A DNA stretch of 63,035 nt, filler included, from Methanobacteriota archaeon (GTDB lineage: Archaea; JACRDV01): NCBI GenBank assembly GCA_024860865.1. It is 4 parts of 4 records of this genome, joined end to end, with 100 filler letters (N's around TTAATTAATTAA, not from the genome) between each part and the next. Parts side by side here need not be neighbours in the genome. Positions count along the whole stretch, not along the records: positions 31,583 to 60,173 come from JACRDV010000067.1; 3 more parts are not named here. The stretch is one strand, 5' to 3'. The notes under the pieces were generated by a model. The model was not told the DNA's origin. It was given only the letters and a program-made list of their open reading frames with translations, and searched no databases. Position numbers and translations under genes: made by a program. Below are positions 36,332 to 47,719 of this stretch, in pieces (positions within the stretch are counted from its first letter, which is position 1; every line of letters begins with the position of its first letter).

Positions 36332-37273
36332 TTGGATTATGTCTCTTTGCTTGCAGTTATCATTGCATTATTGCTCTGCTTGATTACTGGTGCTAATAAC
36401 GCTGCTGATTGTGTAGGAACTACAGTTGGTGCAAGAATAACTTCTAAAAATTTTGGATTAGCAATTGTTGCGGCAGGTATCATTTGCGGGGTTTTTTTTG
36501 AAAGTTCCAAGCTTGCAATATTTGGCAGTTTAATCGCCAATATCTCTCCAAATCTTATTCTCTCAGTTTTAGTTGGGGCTACCATAGCCCTCTTATTGGC
36601 TACCTTGCAAGGAATTCCTATTTCTGCAGCTCAAGCGGTTATAGGTGCGATTATTGGGGCCGGTATGGCTTATGGTTGGGGTTCTATCAATTGGCTTAAA
36701 ATTTTGATTATAGTGGCCTCTTGGCTTTTTGCACCTCTTGTGGCTATTTTTTTGGGTGTAATAATGTACTTCTTGTTCGGGTCCGGGTTTTCAAAAATTC
36801 GAAGTTTAGCTCTGTTAGAGCTTACAATAACTTTATGTTTGCTCTTGAGCAGTTTTTATGCAGCTTATGTATTAGGTGCAAATACGATAGGATTGATAAT
36901 GGGAGTAGTAGTTTCTTTAGGAGCTTTTTCACCTTTTAATTATAAATTGCTGGTTTTATTTGCAACAATAGTTGGGCTTTTATTTAGTTATAGGACTATT
37001 AAAACAGTCGCTAATGAAATAACTGAGCTTTACCCAATGGCTTCTTTAACAGGGCAGTTTTCAGCTTCATTTCTTATGCACTCCTTTACACAGCTTAGCA
37101 TACCTATCTCACTAACCCATGCAGTTGTTGGTTCAGTGATGGGAATTGGACTAACTAAAGGTGCAAGCGGTATGAATGTTGAAAGAGTGCGAATGATAGC
37201 AAGAGGTTGGATTATTGCTCCATTAATTTCATTAGCAATAAGCTATGCAGTAATGAAGTTGCTCATTTTTTAA
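36332..37273 (+). CDS. pit: PiT-family inorganic phosphate transporter
   Basis: GANNAA, GIPIS..QA.IG, second GANT, IPISLTHAVVG. Confidence 0.93.
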   Translation: MDYVSLLAVIIALLLCLITGANNAADCVGTTVGARITSKNFGLAIVAAGIICGVFFESSKLAIFGSLIANISPNLILSVLVGATIALLLATLQGIPISAAQAVIGAIIGAGMAYGWGSINWLKILIIVASWLFAPLVAIFLGVIMYFLFGSGFSKIRSLALLELTITLCLLLSSFYAAYVLGANTIGLIMGVVVSLGAFSPFNYKLLVLFATIVGLLFSYRTIKTVANEITELYPMASLTGQFSASFLMHSFTQLSIPISLTHAVVGSVMGIGLTKGASGMNVERVRMIARGWIIAPLISLAISYAVMKLLIF

Positions 37274-37277
37274 TTGA

Positions 37278-38147
37278 GTGATAAAAATGCAGTTCGCCTG
37301 GGCTAATGTAGAAAATTTTGAAAAAGCTGATGTTGTTATAATTGGGGTTCCGGATGAGAGTGCCTCCCGTGCGCTAAGAAAAGGCGCAAGCAAAGCCCCT
37401 GATAGAATAAGAAAAATCTCAAATGAAAGAGAAGTCTTTGAAAGGAAGAAAATCAAAGTAATAACTCTCCCGGGAGTCTGTCCTTTAGAGAAAAGGATAT
37501 TTGATCATGGAAATGTGAAAAAGAAGGATATCTCAAAAATTATAGAAAAAATTGTTTCAAATGGAAAAATTCCTGTTACAATAGGAGGAGATCACTCGAT
37601 AACTGCTGAAATATTGAAAGGGATTGATAAGGTAAAGAAAAACGTCGGCATAGTTTATTTTGATGCCCATCCAGACTTCATTTGTTCTTCAAAGCAGTAC
37701 TATGGTTCAGTAGTTTGTGATATCCTCGATTATAAAAATATCAATTTTGATTCCAGCATTGAAATTGGCTTGAGAGCTCCTGAACCAGAGGAATTGATCA
37801 ATATAAGAAGAAAACATTTGAAAACTATTGCTTCAGTTGATGTTGTAGAGAAGGGATTGCAGAAGGTTGTAGAAGAAGTAAAAGAAAGAGTGGAGGAAAA
37901 CATTTACATCTCTATTGATATGGATGTTGTTGACCCTGCTTTTGCTCCCGGAGTTAGTACTCCTGCTCCCGCAGGTTTGCTCAGCAATCAGCTCATTTAT
38001 TTGTTAAAAGAAGTTTCAAAACTAGGCACAATTGGTTTCGATATAATGGAAGTTTGTCCTGCCTATGATATTCAAGATATGACTTCCCACCTTGCAGCTA
38101 GGATAATTATTGAAACTATCTCTTGCATGACATGCAAAATAAGTTAG
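37278..38147 (+). CDS. speB: Agmatinase/arginase-family ureohydrolase
   Basis: GGDHS, DAHPD, SIDMDVVDP.FAPG..TP. Confidence 0.85.
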   Translation: MIKMQFAWANVENFEKADVVIIGVPDESASRALRKGASKAPDRIRKISNEREVFERKKIKVITLPGVCPLEKRIFDHGNVKKKDISKIIEKIVSNGKIPVTIGGDHSITAEILKGIDKVKKNVGIVYFDAHPDFICSSKQYYGSVVCDILDYKNINFDSSIEIGLRAPEPEELINIRRKHLKTIASVDVVEKGLQKVVEEVKERVEENIYISIDMDVVDPAFAPGVSTPAPAGLLSNQLIYLLKEVSKLGTIGFDIMEVCPAYDIQDMTSHLAARIIIETISCMTCKIS

Positions 38148-38159
38148 GAGGTGTGAATT

Positions 38160-39620
38160 TTGCAAAAATATAAGCTCTATATCAATGGAGAATGGGTTGA
38201 ATCTGGAGAAACTTTTACAAGAGTAAATCCTGCTAACCCCAAGGAAGTCACTGGGGAATTTCAACAAGGGAATGAAGAGGACATCGATAAAGCTGTAGAG
38301 GCTGCAGAAAATGCTTTTGAAAGATGGAGCGAGGTTCCACCTCCAAAAAGAGGCCAAGTTCTTTTAAAAGTTGCCCAGTTGTTGAGGGAAGATAAAGAAG
38401 ATTTGGCAAGGTTAGAAACAATAGAAATGGGGAAGGTAATAATTGAAGCGAGAGGAGATGTGCAAGAAGCTATTGATATTGCAGAGTACATGGCTGGAGA
38501 AGGAAGAAGGCTTTTCGGTTTTACTACCACTTCAGAGCTGAGAGATAAATTTTGCATGACAATAAGGAGACCAATAGGGGTAGTTGGCTTAATAACTCCG
38601 TGGAATTTTCCTATTGCTATTCCAGCGTGGAAAATAATACCTGCTTTGATTTGTGGCAATACTACAGTTTTTAAACCTTCAAGCGACACTCCGCTCTGTG
38701 CTATTAGATTAGTTGAAATTCTAGAGAAAGCTGGAGTTCCAAAAGGAGTAGTTAATTTAGTTACTGGTCCCGGTAGCGCAGCAGGAATGCATTTAGTTAG
38801 ACACAAAAAAGTTAGGGCTATTTCTTTTACAGGTCATAGAGATACGGGGGAATTAATCCTAAAAGAAGCTGGTTTGAAAAGAGTTGGTTTAGAGTTGGGA
38901 GGAAAGAATGGAATTATTATCATGGATGATGCAGATCTAGAACTTGCTTTAGATGGAGTTATTTGGGGAGGTTTCGGTACTACCGGACAAAGATGTACAG
39001 CCGCTTCTAGAGTAATAGTCCACGAGAAGATCAAAGAAAAATTTGAAAAATTGTTGGTCGAAAGAATAAACAAATTGAAATTAGGCTCTGGTTTAGATCC
39101 AAGTGTTGATATTGGTCCTTTGGTCAATAAAGCAGCTCAAGAGAAGAGTCAAAAATACGTTCAAATTGGTTTGGATGAAGGAGCAAAACTTTCTTGTGGA
39201 GGAAAAATTCCAAAGATGGAAGGATTTTTCTTTGAGCCCACACTTTTCACAAATTGCTCTATTGACATGAAGATTGCTCAAGATGAAATATTTGGGCCAG
39301 TTGTTTCTTTAATCTCAGTCAAAGATTTTGAAGAGGCTATCAAAGTTATGAATTCAATAAAATATGGATTGAGTTCTTCTATTTATACAAATAATATAAG
39401 AAATGCCTTTAAAGCAATTGAGAAAATTGAGGCTGGGATAACTTACATCAATGCAAGTACGATTGGAGCAGAAATTCACTTGCCTTTTGGTGGTATAAAA
39501 GATTCTGGAAATGGAACTAGGGAAGGGGGGCAGACAGGGATCGAAGAATTCTCTGAGATCAAAACTGTATACATAGACTACTCGGGTAAACTTCAACGAG
39601 CTCAAATCGATGTGGAGTGA
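38160..39620 (+). CDS. NAD(P)-dependent aldehyde dehydrogenase
   Basis: [23 protein letters not shown]. Confidence 0.96.
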   Translation: MQKYKLYINGEWVESGETFTRVNPANPKEVTGEFQQGNEEDIDKAVEAAENAFERWSEVPPPKRGQVLLKVAQLLREDKEDLARLETIEMGKVIIEARGDVQEAIDIAEYMAGEGRRLFGFTTTSELRDKFCMTIRRPIGVVGLITPWNFPIAIPAWKIIPALICGNTTVFKPSSDTPLCAIRLVEILEKAGVPKGVVNLVTGPGSAAGMHLVRHKKVRAISFTGHRDTGELILKEAGLKRVGLELGGKNGIIIMDDADLELALDGVIWGGFGTTGQRCTAASRVIVHEKIKEKFEKLLVERINKLKLGSGLDPSVDIGPLVNKAAQEKSQKYVQIGLDEGAKLSCGGKIPKMEGFFFEPTLFTNCSIDMKIAQDEIFGPVVSLISVKDFEEAIKVMNSIKYGLSSSIYTNNIRNAFKAIEKIEAGITYINASTIGAEIHLPFGGIKDSGNGTREGGQTGIEEFSEIKTVYIDYSGKLQRAQIDVE

Positions 39621-40129
39621 TAGAATGAAATGCAAAGAATGTAAAATTGAGATGAAGGATAGACTTTTCCAAGATACCAGAGATAGAACATTATCCAATA
39701 AGAATGGCAGGGCATATAAATGCTCACGCTTGGAAGCATTGAGGTAGATTTAAAGACGAGCAAAAGGTTAAGAAGGGAATTGCTTTAGCGGTTCTGATGA
39801 AACAATAAAAATCGATGGAAATCTCTGGAAAAGAGTGGATGAGTTCATAAGAAGAAGAGAAGAGGAATATCCCTTGTTGAAAGATTGTAAATTGCGAGTC
39901 TAAAGACGATTGTCTTTTCTATTATACCCACATGAAAATTAAAGCTGAGAAAGGTTATGCTCCCACTACAAAACCCATAATTCTGATCCTGCCATTTTTC
40001 GGAAAGCAAATGAATTTCGAGAGCGATGGAGTTCTAATAAACCCCCTTAGCAGTTTCCTGCTAGGATGAATATGAATACACCAAAAAGTTTAAGAAAACA
40101 ATAGCAAATATTGTACACAAGGTGAGGAT

Positions 40130-40432
40130 ATGTCATTAGGGTATGTTGCGGCGCGTCTACCCAAAGATCTTTTGCAGGAAGTGGACAAAGTCGCCACAAA
40201 TTGGAAAATGGACCGGTCAACAGCTCTACGGCAAATAATAGATGTTGGCATACATGAGATTAAGAGAAGAAAAGCGATTGAGCTATACCGTGAGGGAAAA
40301 ATAACTCTTGGTAGAGCGGCTGAAATAGCAGAGGTTCCGTTATGGGTAATGGCTGAAATTCTAAGGAGGGAAAACGTTCCGTTTAATCTTGATGTAGAGG
40401 CTGTGATAGAGGCAGTTGACCGTTTTAGTTAA
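40130..40432 (+). CDS. UPF0175-family (RHH-HTH) antitoxin-like protein
   Basis: DRSTALR, LYREGKITLGRAAEIA. Confidence 0.85.
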   Translation: MSLGYVAARLPKDLLQEVDKVATNWKMDRSTALRQIIDVGIHEIKRRKAIELYREGKITLGRAAEIAEVPLWVMAEILRRENVPFNLDVEAVIEAVDRFS

Positions 40433-40588
40433 AGTAGACATACCATCTCTCTCAAAATTTATCTGTCTTAGATATTGAAATCATCCCTAAAAAACTTTAG
40501 CTAACTCATCAACTAAGAAAGTTAGCAAATAAAGGATGAAAAATAAGTTTATTACCAATTAAATATTGAAAAAAATTATATTGAGGGA

Positions 40589-41140
40589 TTATTTTAACAA
40601 TTTGATCGCTTCATTTTTGTCTGGAACACCAACAAAAGCAACTTTGTCATCTATTATAGTTGTAGGAACGCTCATTATCGAGTGCTTAGCAACTAATTCC
40701 TTTCCCTTTTCTGAATTGACATCTGTTTCTTCATATTCAAACTCATGCTGTACTCTCAGTTCCTCCCAAAGCTTTTTCGCTCGTGGACATATAGGACACC
40801 ATTTAGCGACCACAAGAGTAACTTTACTCATTTCTTTGCCTCCTATTACCTTTCTGACCATATCTTTAGGAGGGAAGCCAAAAATTTCTCCTTCATAAAA
40901 ATAAATTCTGCACTTCATTCCAAAGTCCTTTGACTTCTGAGCTTTTCTTTCTACATCGTTTCCATTTATTCTAATTGTTGGAGAACCCAAGAACTTTAGC
41001 TCTTTAGCCTCTTCATTCGATTTTACCTTTATCATTTCAATTTTTGCATCAATTTTTTCTTCTTTTAATACTTCATTCAGAATTTGGAGAGCAATTTCAT
41101 ATGTCGGGCATCCATTAAAATATAAAAGCTCTATTTTCAT
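40589..41140 (-). CDS. Tandem thioredoxin-fold protein (GCPT domain plus WCPIC domain)
   Basis: LYFNGCPT...GSPTIRING; WCPIC...SVPT. Confidence 0.85.
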   Translation of the reverse strand: MKIELLYFNGCPTYEIALQILNEVLKEEKIDAKIEMIKVKSNEEAKELKFLGSPTIRINGNDVERKAQKSKDFGMKCRIYFYEGEIFGFPPKDMVRKVIGGKEMSKVTLVVAKWCPICPRAKKLWEELRVQHEFEYEETDVNSEKGKELVAKHSIMSVPTTIIDDKVAFVGVPDKNEAIKLLK

Positions 41141-41179
41141 CCAATCAACTTTTTGTTTTAGCTCCGAATAGTTCTTTTT

Positions 41180-41665
41180 TCACTTCAGGGTGAATTGCTC
41201 AAACCTTTCTTTATTTGCCTTACATATCGGACAAACTTCAGGGGGCTGTTCTCTTGCGCATAGATAACCACATACTCTGCACCGCCAAACTACTACTTTT
41301 TCTTTCGTCACTTGCGATTCAAATGCCTCCGTGCTCCTTTCTACAGGTCTCCTTTCAGGGACAGGTATCTTAGGCATATTTCCAGCTATCCAATCTTCAG
41401 TTACATAGAGGCCGCATAAGCAACTGCCAAAATCTGCTAAGTCCGCATCGCGATAATCGCAGGGACAAATTATGTCCAAATCTTCAGATTTATTTCCGCT
41501 AGCAAGCCTGCAAGGGCAAGCCCAGTATCCATATCGTTTTTCGTTTTTAATTAAGCCTTTAACGATTTCTAGAGTAAATTCTTCATCTGGATTGAGGTGG
41601 TACCCTGAACCTTCAGCCTCTCTTTTTAATCTGAGGTGAAGTTCTTCTACCCCTCTTTCCGTCAT
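41180..41665 (-). CDS. Ferredoxin:thioredoxin reductase-like catalytic subunit with C-terminal rubredoxin
   Basis: CPCR, CPC, CLCGLY; CRVCGY...CPIC. Confidence 0.92.
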   Translation of the reverse strand: MTERGVEELHLRLKREAEGSGYHLNPDEEFTLEIVKGLIKNEKRYGYWACPCRLASGNKSEDLDIICPCDYRDADLADFGSCLCGLYVTEDWIAGNMPKIPVPERRPVERSTEAFESQVTKEKVVVWRCRVCGYLCAREQPPEVCPICKANKERFEQFTLK

Positions 41666-41946
41666 AAATCTAATGCCTTCCTCAACTCGAATTCATTATG
41701 GCCTACTATAACTGTTCTGTTTATGATTACAGTAGGAAATGAGAGCCTTTTGTTCATGCTGAGTACTTCTTCCATTATTTTTTCCCGTTCAACTCCATCA
41801 AGTTCATCGACATAGATGTACTCATATTCCACTTGATTGTTATCTAAAAAATCTTTCGTTTTCTTACAAAAGGGGCAAGTGCTCAATGCATATAACTTTA
41901 TGTTGCCTCTTTTAATCCTTCCCAGCACCCTTATCATAATTAGCAC
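41662..41946 (-). CDS. Glutaredoxin/NrdH-like protein
   Basis: STCPFC, SFPT. Confidence 0.9.
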   Translation of the reverse strand: MLIMIRVLGRIKRGNIKLYALSTCPFCKKTKDFLDNNQVEYEYIYVDELDGVEREKIMEEVLSMNKRLSFPTVIINRTVIVGHNEFELRKALDL

Positions 41947-41977
41947 TTTTTGCTTTGATTCTTTAAAATTTTTTGAG

Positions 41978-44437
41978 TCATCTTATAATTTTAGGCTGTT
42001 GCGCCTTAGGGTTGTATCTTTTCAATCGCAAAGAATTAGAAACTACTGTGACAGAACTAAATGCCATAGCAGCCGCAGCAAGAACTGGATTTAGCAGAAT
42101 TCTAAAGAAAGGCCACAAAATTCCGGCAGCCACTGGAATCAGCGCAACATTGTATGCGAATGCCCAAAAAAGATTCCACTTAATTGTTCTCATTGTTTGT
42201 TTACTAAGTTTAATACTAGCTACAACATCTCGCAAGTCATCTTTAATGAGAACAATACCTCCGGTTTCAATTGCTACATCAGTTCCTGAGCCGATTGCAA
42301 TTCCCACATCTGATTGAGCTAACGCAGGCGCATCGTTTATTCCATCGCCAACCATAGCCACAATTTTACCCACCTCTTGAAGTTTCTTTATTTCATTTGC
42401 TTTCTCTTGTGGTAAAACTTCCGCTAATACTCTGTCCATGTTTAATTGCCTAGCAATTGCTTTAGCAGTTCTCTTATTATCACCAGTAATCATAATAACT
42501 TCTAAACCCATTCTGTGAAGTTCTTCAACCGCTTCTTTGGAATACTCTTTTAAAGTATCTGCTACAGCTATTACACCAACTGCTTTCTTATCGGCTGCTA
42601 AAATCATTGCCGTCTTTCCTTCATTTTCAAATGTTTTAATCTTCTCTTCCAAATGTCCTACGCTTATGTTATTATCTTCCATTAATTTCCGATTGCCAAG
42701 CAGTATTTCTTTCTCATCGACTTTCGCTCTCACACCGTGTCCGGGAATAGCTTCGAATCCCTTTGGGTCCTCTATTTTCATCCCTTTCTCCTTAGCCTTA
42801 TTAACAATAGCCTCCCCAAGTGGATGCTCTGAACCCTTTTCAGCCATACTAGCAAAGAGCAATATATCATCTTCTTTGAAACCGTCAGCAGCAAGGATAT
42901 CAGTAACTGCTGGCTTACCTTTAGTTAGAGTGCCTGTTTTATCAAAAATTATAGTTGTGAGCTTGTGAGCTGTCTCCAAACTCTCTCCACCTTTGATCAG
43001 AACCCCACTTTCAGCGCCCTTCCCTGTGCCGACCATTATTGCAGTAGGTGTTGCTAATCCAAGAGCGCATGGACAGGCTATAATTAATACTGCAACAAAA
43101 TTCACTAGAGCAAATGTAAGTGCAGGATGAGGACCGAAAAAGTACCAAAGGATAAAAGTCAAAGTTGCAATTCCAATAACTACAGGAACAAAAATGCCTG
43201 AGATCTTATCTGCCAACCTTTGAATAGGAGCTTTAGATCCTTGAGCTTCCTCGACTAACTTAATTATTTGAGCCAATACTGTATCTTTGCCAACCTTAAT
43301 AGCTTCAAACTTAAAGGACCCTGTTCTATTAATTGTAGCTCCAAAAACTTCATCTCCTTCTTTTTTTTCTACCGGCATACTTTCTCCAGTAAGCATGGAT
43401 TCATCGACAGTAGAGTATCCTTCTTTTATTATTCCATCTACTGGAATTTTTTCGCCAGGTCTAACTACAACTAGGTCGCCCTTTTGAACTTCTTCAACAG
43501 GTATTTCAACTTCTTGGCCACCTCTAATAACTCGCGCAGTCTTAGCCTGAAGTTTCATCAATTTCCTAATTGCCTCAGAAGTTTCACCTTTAGCTTTAGC
43601 CTCCAGCAACCTGCCCAATATGATTAAGGTTATGATAATTGCTGCCGTATCATAATAGACTTGAGTAACAAAACCTCGAGTGGTAAAATAGGAAGGTATT
43701 ATCGTCACAACCAAACTATACAAATAAGCTGCTGAGGTACCAACTGCAATTAGCGTGTTCATATCAGCAGTTTTATGCTTTAATGTTGCCCAGAAGCCTC
43801 GGTAAAACTGTAAACCAACCCAAAATTGTACCGGTGTTGCTAGTATTAGTAATGTGATATGGTTGTTTAGGAAATTTGGGATCCAAGGAAACCACTCTGG
43901 AAAACTGCCTAAAAAGATCGGCATGCTTAATAAAACGCCAATTATGAACTTTGTCTTTAGTGTTTGGATTTCTTTCTCTCTTGCTATTCTTTCCCAATCA
44001 GGAGTGATTTCTTCTTTTACTTCTCGGGGTTTATATCCTGCTTCTTCGATGGCTTTTTTTATTTCTTTTATACTAACTTGAGATGGAAAATATTCAACTG
44101 TAACTTTTTCCGTTGCAAGGTTAGCGCTCCCCCTGACCACACCTTCCAGTTGGCCTATGGCTTTCTCAATTGTCACAACGCAGGAAGCGCAATGCATTCC
44201 TTCAACAGGTATGGTTATCTTCTCTATATTTGCTTGATAACCCAGGTCTTCAATCGTTTGAATAAATTTTTTAACTTCTACTTTATCAGGATCAAAAACA
44301 ATGCTTGCCCTTTCAGTAGCTAAGTTCACATTTACTTCACTTACACCCTCTAATTTTGATAATCCCTTTTCAATCTTTTCAACACAGCTAGCACAACTCA
44401 TGCCGCGGATAGATATATCGATTCTCTTTTTCCCCAT
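41978..44437 (-). CDS. copA: Cu(I)-translocating P1B-1 ATPase
   Basis: Two GMxCASC domains, TGES, CPC, DKTGT, SEHP, GDGIND, YN, MAFSS. Confidence 0.97.
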   Translation of the reverse strand: MGKKRIDISIRGMSCASCVEKIEKGLSKLEGVSEVNVNLATERASIVFDPDKVEVKKFIQTIEDLGYQANIEKITIPVEGMHCASCVVTIEKAIGQLEGVVRGSANLATEKVTVEYFPSQVSIKEIKKAIEEAGYKPREVKEEITPDWERIAREKEIQTLKTKFIIGVLLSMPIFLGSFPEWFPWIPNFLNNHITLLILATPVQFWVGLQFYRGFWATLKHKTADMNTLIAVGTSAAYLYSLVVTIIPSYFTTRGFVTQVYYDTAAIIITLIILGRLLEAKAKGETSEAIRKLMKLQAKTARVIRGGQEVEIPVEEVQKGDLVVVRPGEKIPVDGIIKEGYSTVDESMLTGESMPVEKKEGDEVFGATINRTGSFKFEAIKVGKDTVLAQIIKLVEEAQGSKAPIQRLADKISGIFVPVVIGIATLTFILWYFFGPHPALTFALVNFVAVLIIACPCALGLATPTAIMVGTGKGAESGVLIKGGESLETAHKLTTIIFDKTGTLTKGKPAVTDILAADGFKEDDILLFASMAEKGSEHPLGEAIVNKAKEKGMKIEDPKGFEAIPGHGVRAKVDEKEILLGNRKLMEDNNISVGHLEEKIKTFENEGKTAMILAADKKAVGVIAVADTLKEYSKEAVEELHRMGLEVIMITGDNKRTAKAIARQLNMDRVLAEVLPQEKANEIKKLQEVGKIVAMVGDGINDAPALAQSDVGIAIGSGTDVAIETGGIVLIKDDLRDVVASIKLSKQTMRTIKWNLFWAFAYNVALIPVAAGILWPFFRILLNPVLAAAAMAFSSVTVVSNSLRLKRYNPKAQQPKIIR

Positions 44438-44509
44438 TTTCTGAAAACCTCTTAAATTCGAATTCAAAATATGAATAACTTCTACTGAAAATCTATTTCC
44501 AAATCATGT

Positions 44510-44775
44510 CTATTTTTCAAGCAAGTAATTATATATTGAAACAAAAATTGCTCCGATAGCTACTCCGGATACAAACATCTCTACTAGTCCAATTGCAAAG
44601 CCGCTTGGAGTTAGTGATTTTTCCTGCAGGACTACGCCACTGTGGAACAGATAACCGAAGAAAGCCATAGTGAATTTAGGAGTGATCGCATAGAATAATC
44701 CGCATATGGCATAAATTACTGAAAACAACAGCCCTAGCGATAACGATACTGCTTTTAAATTTAGTTTTTCACTTA
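44510..44775 (-). CDS. DUF5676-like small membrane protein
   Basis: YAIC...LFH...IYN pattern; frame is open upstream of the listed TTG. Confidence 0.65.
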
Positions 44776-44778
44776 TTT

Positions 44779-45600
44779 TTACATCCCCCTTAAATTTTTA
44801 GTGAAATACCGATCTAACGGTAAAAACATCGGCACCTTGCACTTATATTCTATGTATTTCTCTCCAAACTTTTCTTCCATTTCTTTTTCTTCTTTTTTTG
44901 CTAAACGGTAGTACATTAAAGTTAGAATAGGCCACATGGCAAGTGTGATCAGCGTCGGCCATTGCACAAGCATACCAATTGTTATTATAATCAATCCTAG
45001 GTATTGGGGATGACGAATGTATTGATAAATGCCATCAGTTACTAGCTCGCCCTTTGAGTTGTATATTTTTTGCCAACCTTTAATTATCAAAATGAATCCA
45101 ACGAGCATAATGAGACTACTTGTTATCATCACTAATATCCATGCATTTTTAAGGTCTATAATTTTCAACACAGTTAGTAGCGTCGCAAGTAGATGTCCTT
45201 GTTGATGACCGAATGAGAGCTGTACACCAAAAAGCGATGATAAAACGTATATTGTCAAGGGAAATCCATACATTTCAGTAAATAAAGCAATTATAAATGC
45301 CTCATAAAGACTTGCTGTGCGCCACTCTTGTTTTTTTATGGGTGTAAAATAACCGAGAACGAAAAAAGAGAATAAGATTATGTTTATGAACACCGCGGCC
45401 CAATTGCCATAAGCATAACTCAATGAAGTGTAATGCTCCAATACATTAATACCAATACTTCCTTGTTTTAACAAGAGAATAAAAAATGAAAAAGCGATTA
45501 GAAATAAGATTGCTATGAGACCAGACATCAATATTATTAGCAGTTTATGTTTAGAGGCACTTGCTGCTTTAAATTCTTGATTTATTAGGTTATTATCCAT
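44779..45600 (-). CDS. Isoprenylcysteine carboxylmethyltransferase-family membrane protein (Cu-operon type)
   Basis: FTEMYGFPLT, GIYQYIRHPQY, EE. Confidence 0.9.
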   Translation of the reverse strand: MDNNLINQEFKAASASKHKLLIILMSGLIAILFLIAFSFFILLLKQGSIGINVLEHYTSLSYAYGNWAAVFINIILFSFFVLGYFTPIKKQEWRTASLYEAFIIALFTEMYGFPLTIYVLSSLFGVQLSFGHQQGHLLATLLTVLKIIDLKNAWILVMITSSLIMLVGFILIIKGWQKIYNSKGELVTDGIYQYIRHPQYLGLIIITIGMLVQWPTLITLAMWPILTLMYYRLAKKEEKEMEEKFGEKYIEYKCKVPMFLPLDRYFTKNLRGM

Positions 45601-45673
45601 TATTTATCACTTTCAAATTAACTTTGATTGCACTAATTTTGCTCTTTTGATTTTAATGATGGTGCATCTCATG

Positions 45674-45820
45674 TCAGCCCTTTAGAAACTTCTTTGGATT
45701 TTTTTCAAATTCTACTTTGCACCCTGGAGCGCAGAAGTAATAGGTTTTACCTTCGTAGTTAGTTTTGTATTTAGCAGTCTTTTCATCCACAGTCATTTTA
45801 CATACCGGATCTATTGCCAC
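45674..45820 (-). CDS. YHS/TRASH copper chaperone-like protein
   Basis: DPVCKM...YYFCAPGC; GGAGGTGA RBS. Confidence 0.92.
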   Translation of the reverse strand: MAIDPVCKMTVDEKTAKYKTNYEGKTYYFCAPGCKVEFEKNPKKFLKG

Positions 45821-45861
45821 CCAATCACCTCCTTGCGCTGTAAATAAATCCGTCTGGTAAT

Positions 45862-46119
45862 CTAATGGCACCCACTTCTATTATCCTCATGTTTACTTTT
45901 TGTTAATAATTGTGCTAACACCATCATAAGCGGGCATAGTAAAAGAATGAGAACTGCTAGAAGAGGTGATTGAATTCTAAAAAATGTTATTAAAAGCGCT
46001 ATCGCTAATATAGGTATTAAACAACATAACGCCATTAGTAATTCATTTTTATGAACCTCTGCTTTTTTATCAGCATGAGCCTCTCCGTGAGTTGATCCAC
46101 AACATTGCATTTTCTTCAC
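45862..46119 (-). CDS. DUF2933-like Cys/His membrane protein
   Basis: CCLIP, LLLCPLMM, C-terminal GCH. Confidence 0.75.
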   Translation of the reverse strand: MKKMQCCGSTHGEAHADKKAEVHKNELLMALCCLIPILAIALLITFFRIQSPLLAVLILLLCPLMMVLAQLLTKSKHEDNRSGCH

Positions 46120-46262
46120 CTTAAACTTCTTATTGCCTTATATTAATGAAGTAGTGATTAAATTGTATTTTCATTTAAAAAAAGAAAATTTTGGCTTTAT
46201 AAATCTTTAAAAATGAAAATTTTTATATCTAAAATATTACAACATATAAAACAGGGATTCAA

Positions 46263-46874
46263 GTGGAATTAGATGAGGTAGATATAGGAATTTTAGAATC
46301 ATTACAAGAGGACAGCCGCATCTCTTTTAACGAAATTGCTAATAAGTTAGGAGTAAGCCTGCCTACAATCCGCTCTAGAGTAGACAAAATGCTTGAACTT
46401 GGAGTCATATCTTCTTTCACAGCGAAGATAGATCGAAGTTCACTTCCAGAGCTGACAATTGCATTTTTGTTGTTAACTGTTAAACCTGCTGATATAAACA
46501 ACATAATCAAACAACTTAAAGACATTAAAGAAGTGAAAAAGATTTTCCAAATAGTTAACAATCAACTACTAATTGAAGTTGTGGCTGCTGATATTAGTCA
46601 GTTTAAAACATTTATGAGTCAAAATATTGGACAATTAAAAGAAATTGAAAAAATAGATGCTTTTTTAGTTTCTGACATCGCAAAAGAAGACTTAAAAATT
46701 GATTTAAAATATCCATCATTAATTTCTCTTCGATGCGTATATTGCAAGAACCCAATAAAGGGCGAACCATTCATTTTCGAAGTAGAAAATAAAAAGTACT
46801 ACTTATGTTGCCCAGTATGCAAGCAAAAATTTAAAGAAAAAATATCAAAGCTATTAAAAAAGAGCAAGGCTTGA
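46263..46874 (+). CDS. Lrp/AsnC regulator with C-terminal TRASH domain (copper regulator)
   Basis: LDEVD.IL..LQEDSR; CVYC...YYLCCPVC; divergent from the cop operon. Confidence 0.9.
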   Translation: MELDEVDIGILESLQEDSRISFNEIANKLGVSLPTIRSRVDKMLELGVISSFTAKIDRSSLPELTIAFLLLTVKPADINNIIKQLKDIKEVKKIFQIVNNQLLIEVVAADISQFKTFMSQNIGQLKEIEKIDAFLVSDIAKEDLKIDLKYPSLISLRCVYCKNPIKGEPFIFEVENKKYYLCCPVCKQKFKEKISKLLKKSKA

Positions 46875-46890
46875 ACAGTAGTTTTGAAAT

Positions 46891-47541
46891 TTATCTGGTC
46901 AAAAGCACATGAATATCATCTGCAATTTCTTTATCCACAGCAATTTGGGTCTGTCCGATTTGAAAGACATAGGAAGGAAATCTTTGAATCAAACTAATTG
47001 ACATTCCAGGTAAAACACCCAATGCCATAAGCTTTTGGAGTTTTTTATCATCCCTAGTGTGGATATACGCTATTTTTCCTCTTTGTCCAGGATTTAGGTC
47101 GGATAGCGGAGAGACTACCTTTATTGCGCTTTCTTTATCGTCAAGACAACACTTGCCCGGGGGTATCGGGTTTCCATGTGGACAAAATTTTGGGTGCCCT
47201 AAGAGGATGCAAATATTTTCATCTATACCTCTATGAAGCAAGTGTTCAAATTTACATGCGGCATCATGAATAAGTTTGCCCTTAACATCTAGAACATCAA
47301 CTAATAAGCGCTCTGCAAGTCTATGTCTCCTTAAAACATTCTCTGCTTCTTTCTTGCCTGTTTCAGTCAATTTTACTTGATTATTGGACAGAGTGATAAA
47401 ACCTAACTTTAGTAGCTCTTCTATTTGGGCATCCTCTTTGGTTGCTTTTAAAAAATCTAAACCAGTGAATACATCATTTTCCTCAAAAGTACGAATCCAC
47501 AGAGTTTCTAGTATTTCTTCTGCTTTATCGCTTATCTTCAT
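46891..47541 (-). CDS. DtxR-family regulator with C-terminal FeoA domain
   Basis: RRHRLAERLL, CKFEH, CPHGNPIP, LMALGVLPG. Confidence 0.92.
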   Translation of the reverse strand: MKISDKAEEILETLWIRTFEENDVFTGLDFLKATKEDAQIEELLKLGFITLSNNQVKLTETGKKEAENVLRRHRLAERLLVDVLDVKGKLIHDAACKFEHLLHRGIDENICILLGHPKFCPHGNPIPPGKCCLDDKESAIKVVSPLSDLNPGQRGKIAYIHTRDDKKLQKLMALGVLPGMSISLIQRFPSYVFQIGQTQIAVDKEIADDIHVLLTR

Positions 47542-47719
47542 GTTCTTTCCCTCTGAATTTTTTGAGAAATTTTTCTAACCTAGATTCAAGTGGAATTTCA
47601 TATCCACAGTTCGGACATTTGATCATGCCACAAGGTTTTGTAAGTAGTGAAGGGCATCCTTTACAAGCCTCTTCAACTTCTTTTTCTTTAAACTCATAAC
47701 CACAAAGTGAACATTTCAT
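47525..47719 (-). CDS. Small Cys-rich protein translationally coupled to feoB
   Basis: MKCSLCG...CKGCP...CGMIKCPNCGYE. Confidence 0.8.
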   Translation of the reverse strand: MKCSLCGYEFKEKEVEEACKGCPSLLTKPCGMIKCPNCGYEIPLESRLEKFLKKFRGKEHEDKR

